Assembly: GCA_965209155.1 (NCBI GenBank)
Contig: OZ242383.1
Coordinates: 3,104,001-3,168,000 of the forward strand
DNA length: 64,000 bases
Reading direction: 5' to 3'
Source of the DNA: a bacterium
GTDB taxonomy: Bacteria; SAR324; NAC60-12
Part shown: positions 63,501 to 64,000 of the stretch, in pieces
Position numbering within the stretch: the stretch's first letter is position 1
How the letters are laid out: each line of letters begins with the position of its first letter
Notes under the pieces: generated by a model
The model's input: the letters and a program-made list of their open reading frames with translations, nothing else
Databases searched by the model: none
Told to the model about the DNA's origin: nothing
Made by a program: the position numbers and the translations under genes

Positions 63501-64000
63501 GAAAAGTGAAGCAATCCTGGCTATTGCATCATCTCGAAATTGGCTATCGTGGGTATGTAGATAGTCTTGAAATAATTGTAAAATAACTTCCAGGCGAGCG
63601 CGTTTGTCCTGAATTCCAGGTTGACTGAGCAACATTTGATATTCCCCTTCGGCTTTGAGAAAAAGGGTAGCGGAGCGTAAAGGAAATTCAGGAAATTTCT
63701 CTAATTCGTCAAATAACGCAATCGCTTCCATGTAGTTTTTCTTTTCCCATTCGATTTGCCCCAGCTTATAGTAAAGGGAAGCGATCCTCGCATTGGCATC
63801 ACTTAAATATTGACTGTCCCCAGTTTTTAGATAGTTCTGATAGAGTTCCAGGATTCTTTCCAGGCGATCTCTTTTATGTTGCGCCTCAGGTTGGCTGAGC
63901 AACATTTGATATTCCCCCTCAGCTTTTAGAAAAAGGGTGGGATCTCGCAGGGGAAAATTTGGGGAGTGTTCCAGTTCGTCAAAAAACGCGACTGCTTCTT
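60507..64000 (-). CDS. Large TPR-like protein, 5' end outside the window
   Basis: Frame stays open upstream of 63905; TPR-like helices throughout. Confidence 0.85.
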   Translation of the reverse strand, partial: EAVAFFDELEHSPNFPLRDPTLFLKAEGEYQMLLSQPEAQHKRDRLERILELYQNYLKTGDSQYLSDANARIASLYYKLGQIEWEKKNYMEAIALFDELEKFPEFPLRSATLFLKAEGEYQMLLSQPGIQDKRARLEVILQLFQDYLHTHDSQFRDDAIARIASLFYQLGQIEWEKDNYKEAIAFFDELEQFPQFPLRSPTLFLKAEGEYQILLSQPKSQHARARIESIVQLYWNYLETGDNQFQIDARARIASLYYQLGQNEWEQRNYKEAITFFDKLNQFPEFPLRHTILFLKAEGQYQILLSQPKSQHERVRIESIVQLYWNYLETGDNQFQNDARSRIASLYYQLGQDEWEQRNYKEAITFFDKLNQFPEFPLRYTILFLKAEGMYQILLHQPESQRTRSSLKAIVALYENYLKTDDKQYQTRVFHRLAKIYQEINEPQKTISNYKNYLNTDDGTHDARVRYELAHLFIDQEDYIQAIRELDLARKSKEYQNDGELILQLSKLLELENRYLELQNLLAEAKNNSALSDQHRNFFRMKDINLALKNNQCEKILKENKELSASLNQEDRHYVLYARSVCFYQTKQWKQAAVELNVIKNDPDYEQFAFEKLIEIYQESKEWNSLAVHIEEFLKRNDFPLLPIHFQTLLNAYHQLRDWKKLVATYMRWDSVSPEDVQKSEFLIDWAETEEKLNRYEKSRDLYKRVLSLPEIDLDLREGIVFHLADSYIEDEDYRSVVQIYERDLIPYLSETKTLQNYALTLGQIYYDPLKEYDKARQWLQKVDQGQESDVEVSAILLLSDIAEELEEVDKSIQLLNNLTQRSLNPEWRLNVNYRLAILYEKRQQIPKALEKYRVMASLKSITKKEDRELQEYAQNRIQEIEKNNSIQELDQLIKNKSWQKLAIRIRNGFDNQSLTPNHELFEILVYAERHQKNWQGILDAYQLWGKLDASKAESLEALLSQGEAALQISDNELAEKFYKNALKILPNEDQATRIFLTKNLAFIYEQQNNFSKVVDVYEQIYPHLRDIQDQIQFAYKLGSYYLSPLDDKEQAQKWFSEADRGGTLEEELSAAWQLAELESNPTQSIKILAKLASRPISSNLEWYITVNLKLGILYEQQEKWRRAKLHYDRVVKSKNTKYKNYEQFALERSNTISDYLKSLQRSQ
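62740..64000 (-). repeat. Intragenic tandem repeat, period 270 bp (90 aa), at least 4 units
   Basis: AA(A/C)ATTTGATA at 62821, 63091, 63361, 63631, 63901. Confidence 0.9.

Overview
Bacterial DNA (gene content suggests a deltaproteobacterial/SAR324-like organism; not proven). About 1-53 kb is an accessory catabolic region and about 53-64 kb is housekeeping (alr, slt-like, tilS, nucleosidase-like, queG, a repeat-rich TPR protein). The accessory part contains three copies of one minus-strand module: a ~2000-aa regulator (variable N-terminal DNA-binding domain + Ser/Thr pseudokinase + STAND-type AAA ATPase + helical repeats + GAF [+PAS] + sigma54 enhancer-binding AAA+ + Fis HTH), then a small convergent gene, then a sigma54 promoter with three palindromic upstream sites, then an ABC importer operon and oxidative catabolic genes. 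The N-terminal domains come from mobile elements: an IS1595 transposase Zn-ribbon/HTH in copy 1 and a tyrosine-integrase arm-binding domain in copies 2 and 3. Each regulator gene is preceded by tandem 158-193 bp repeats whose sequence family matches the domain type. The upstream palindromes differ in step with each regulator's C-terminal HTH. Also present: a 4-ORF IS21-like element with a 5-bp target duplication, hicAB, MITE/IS200-end remnants, a patchwork of gene fragments and a candidate structured ncRNA. All calls are by eye from motifs; no database searches were run.
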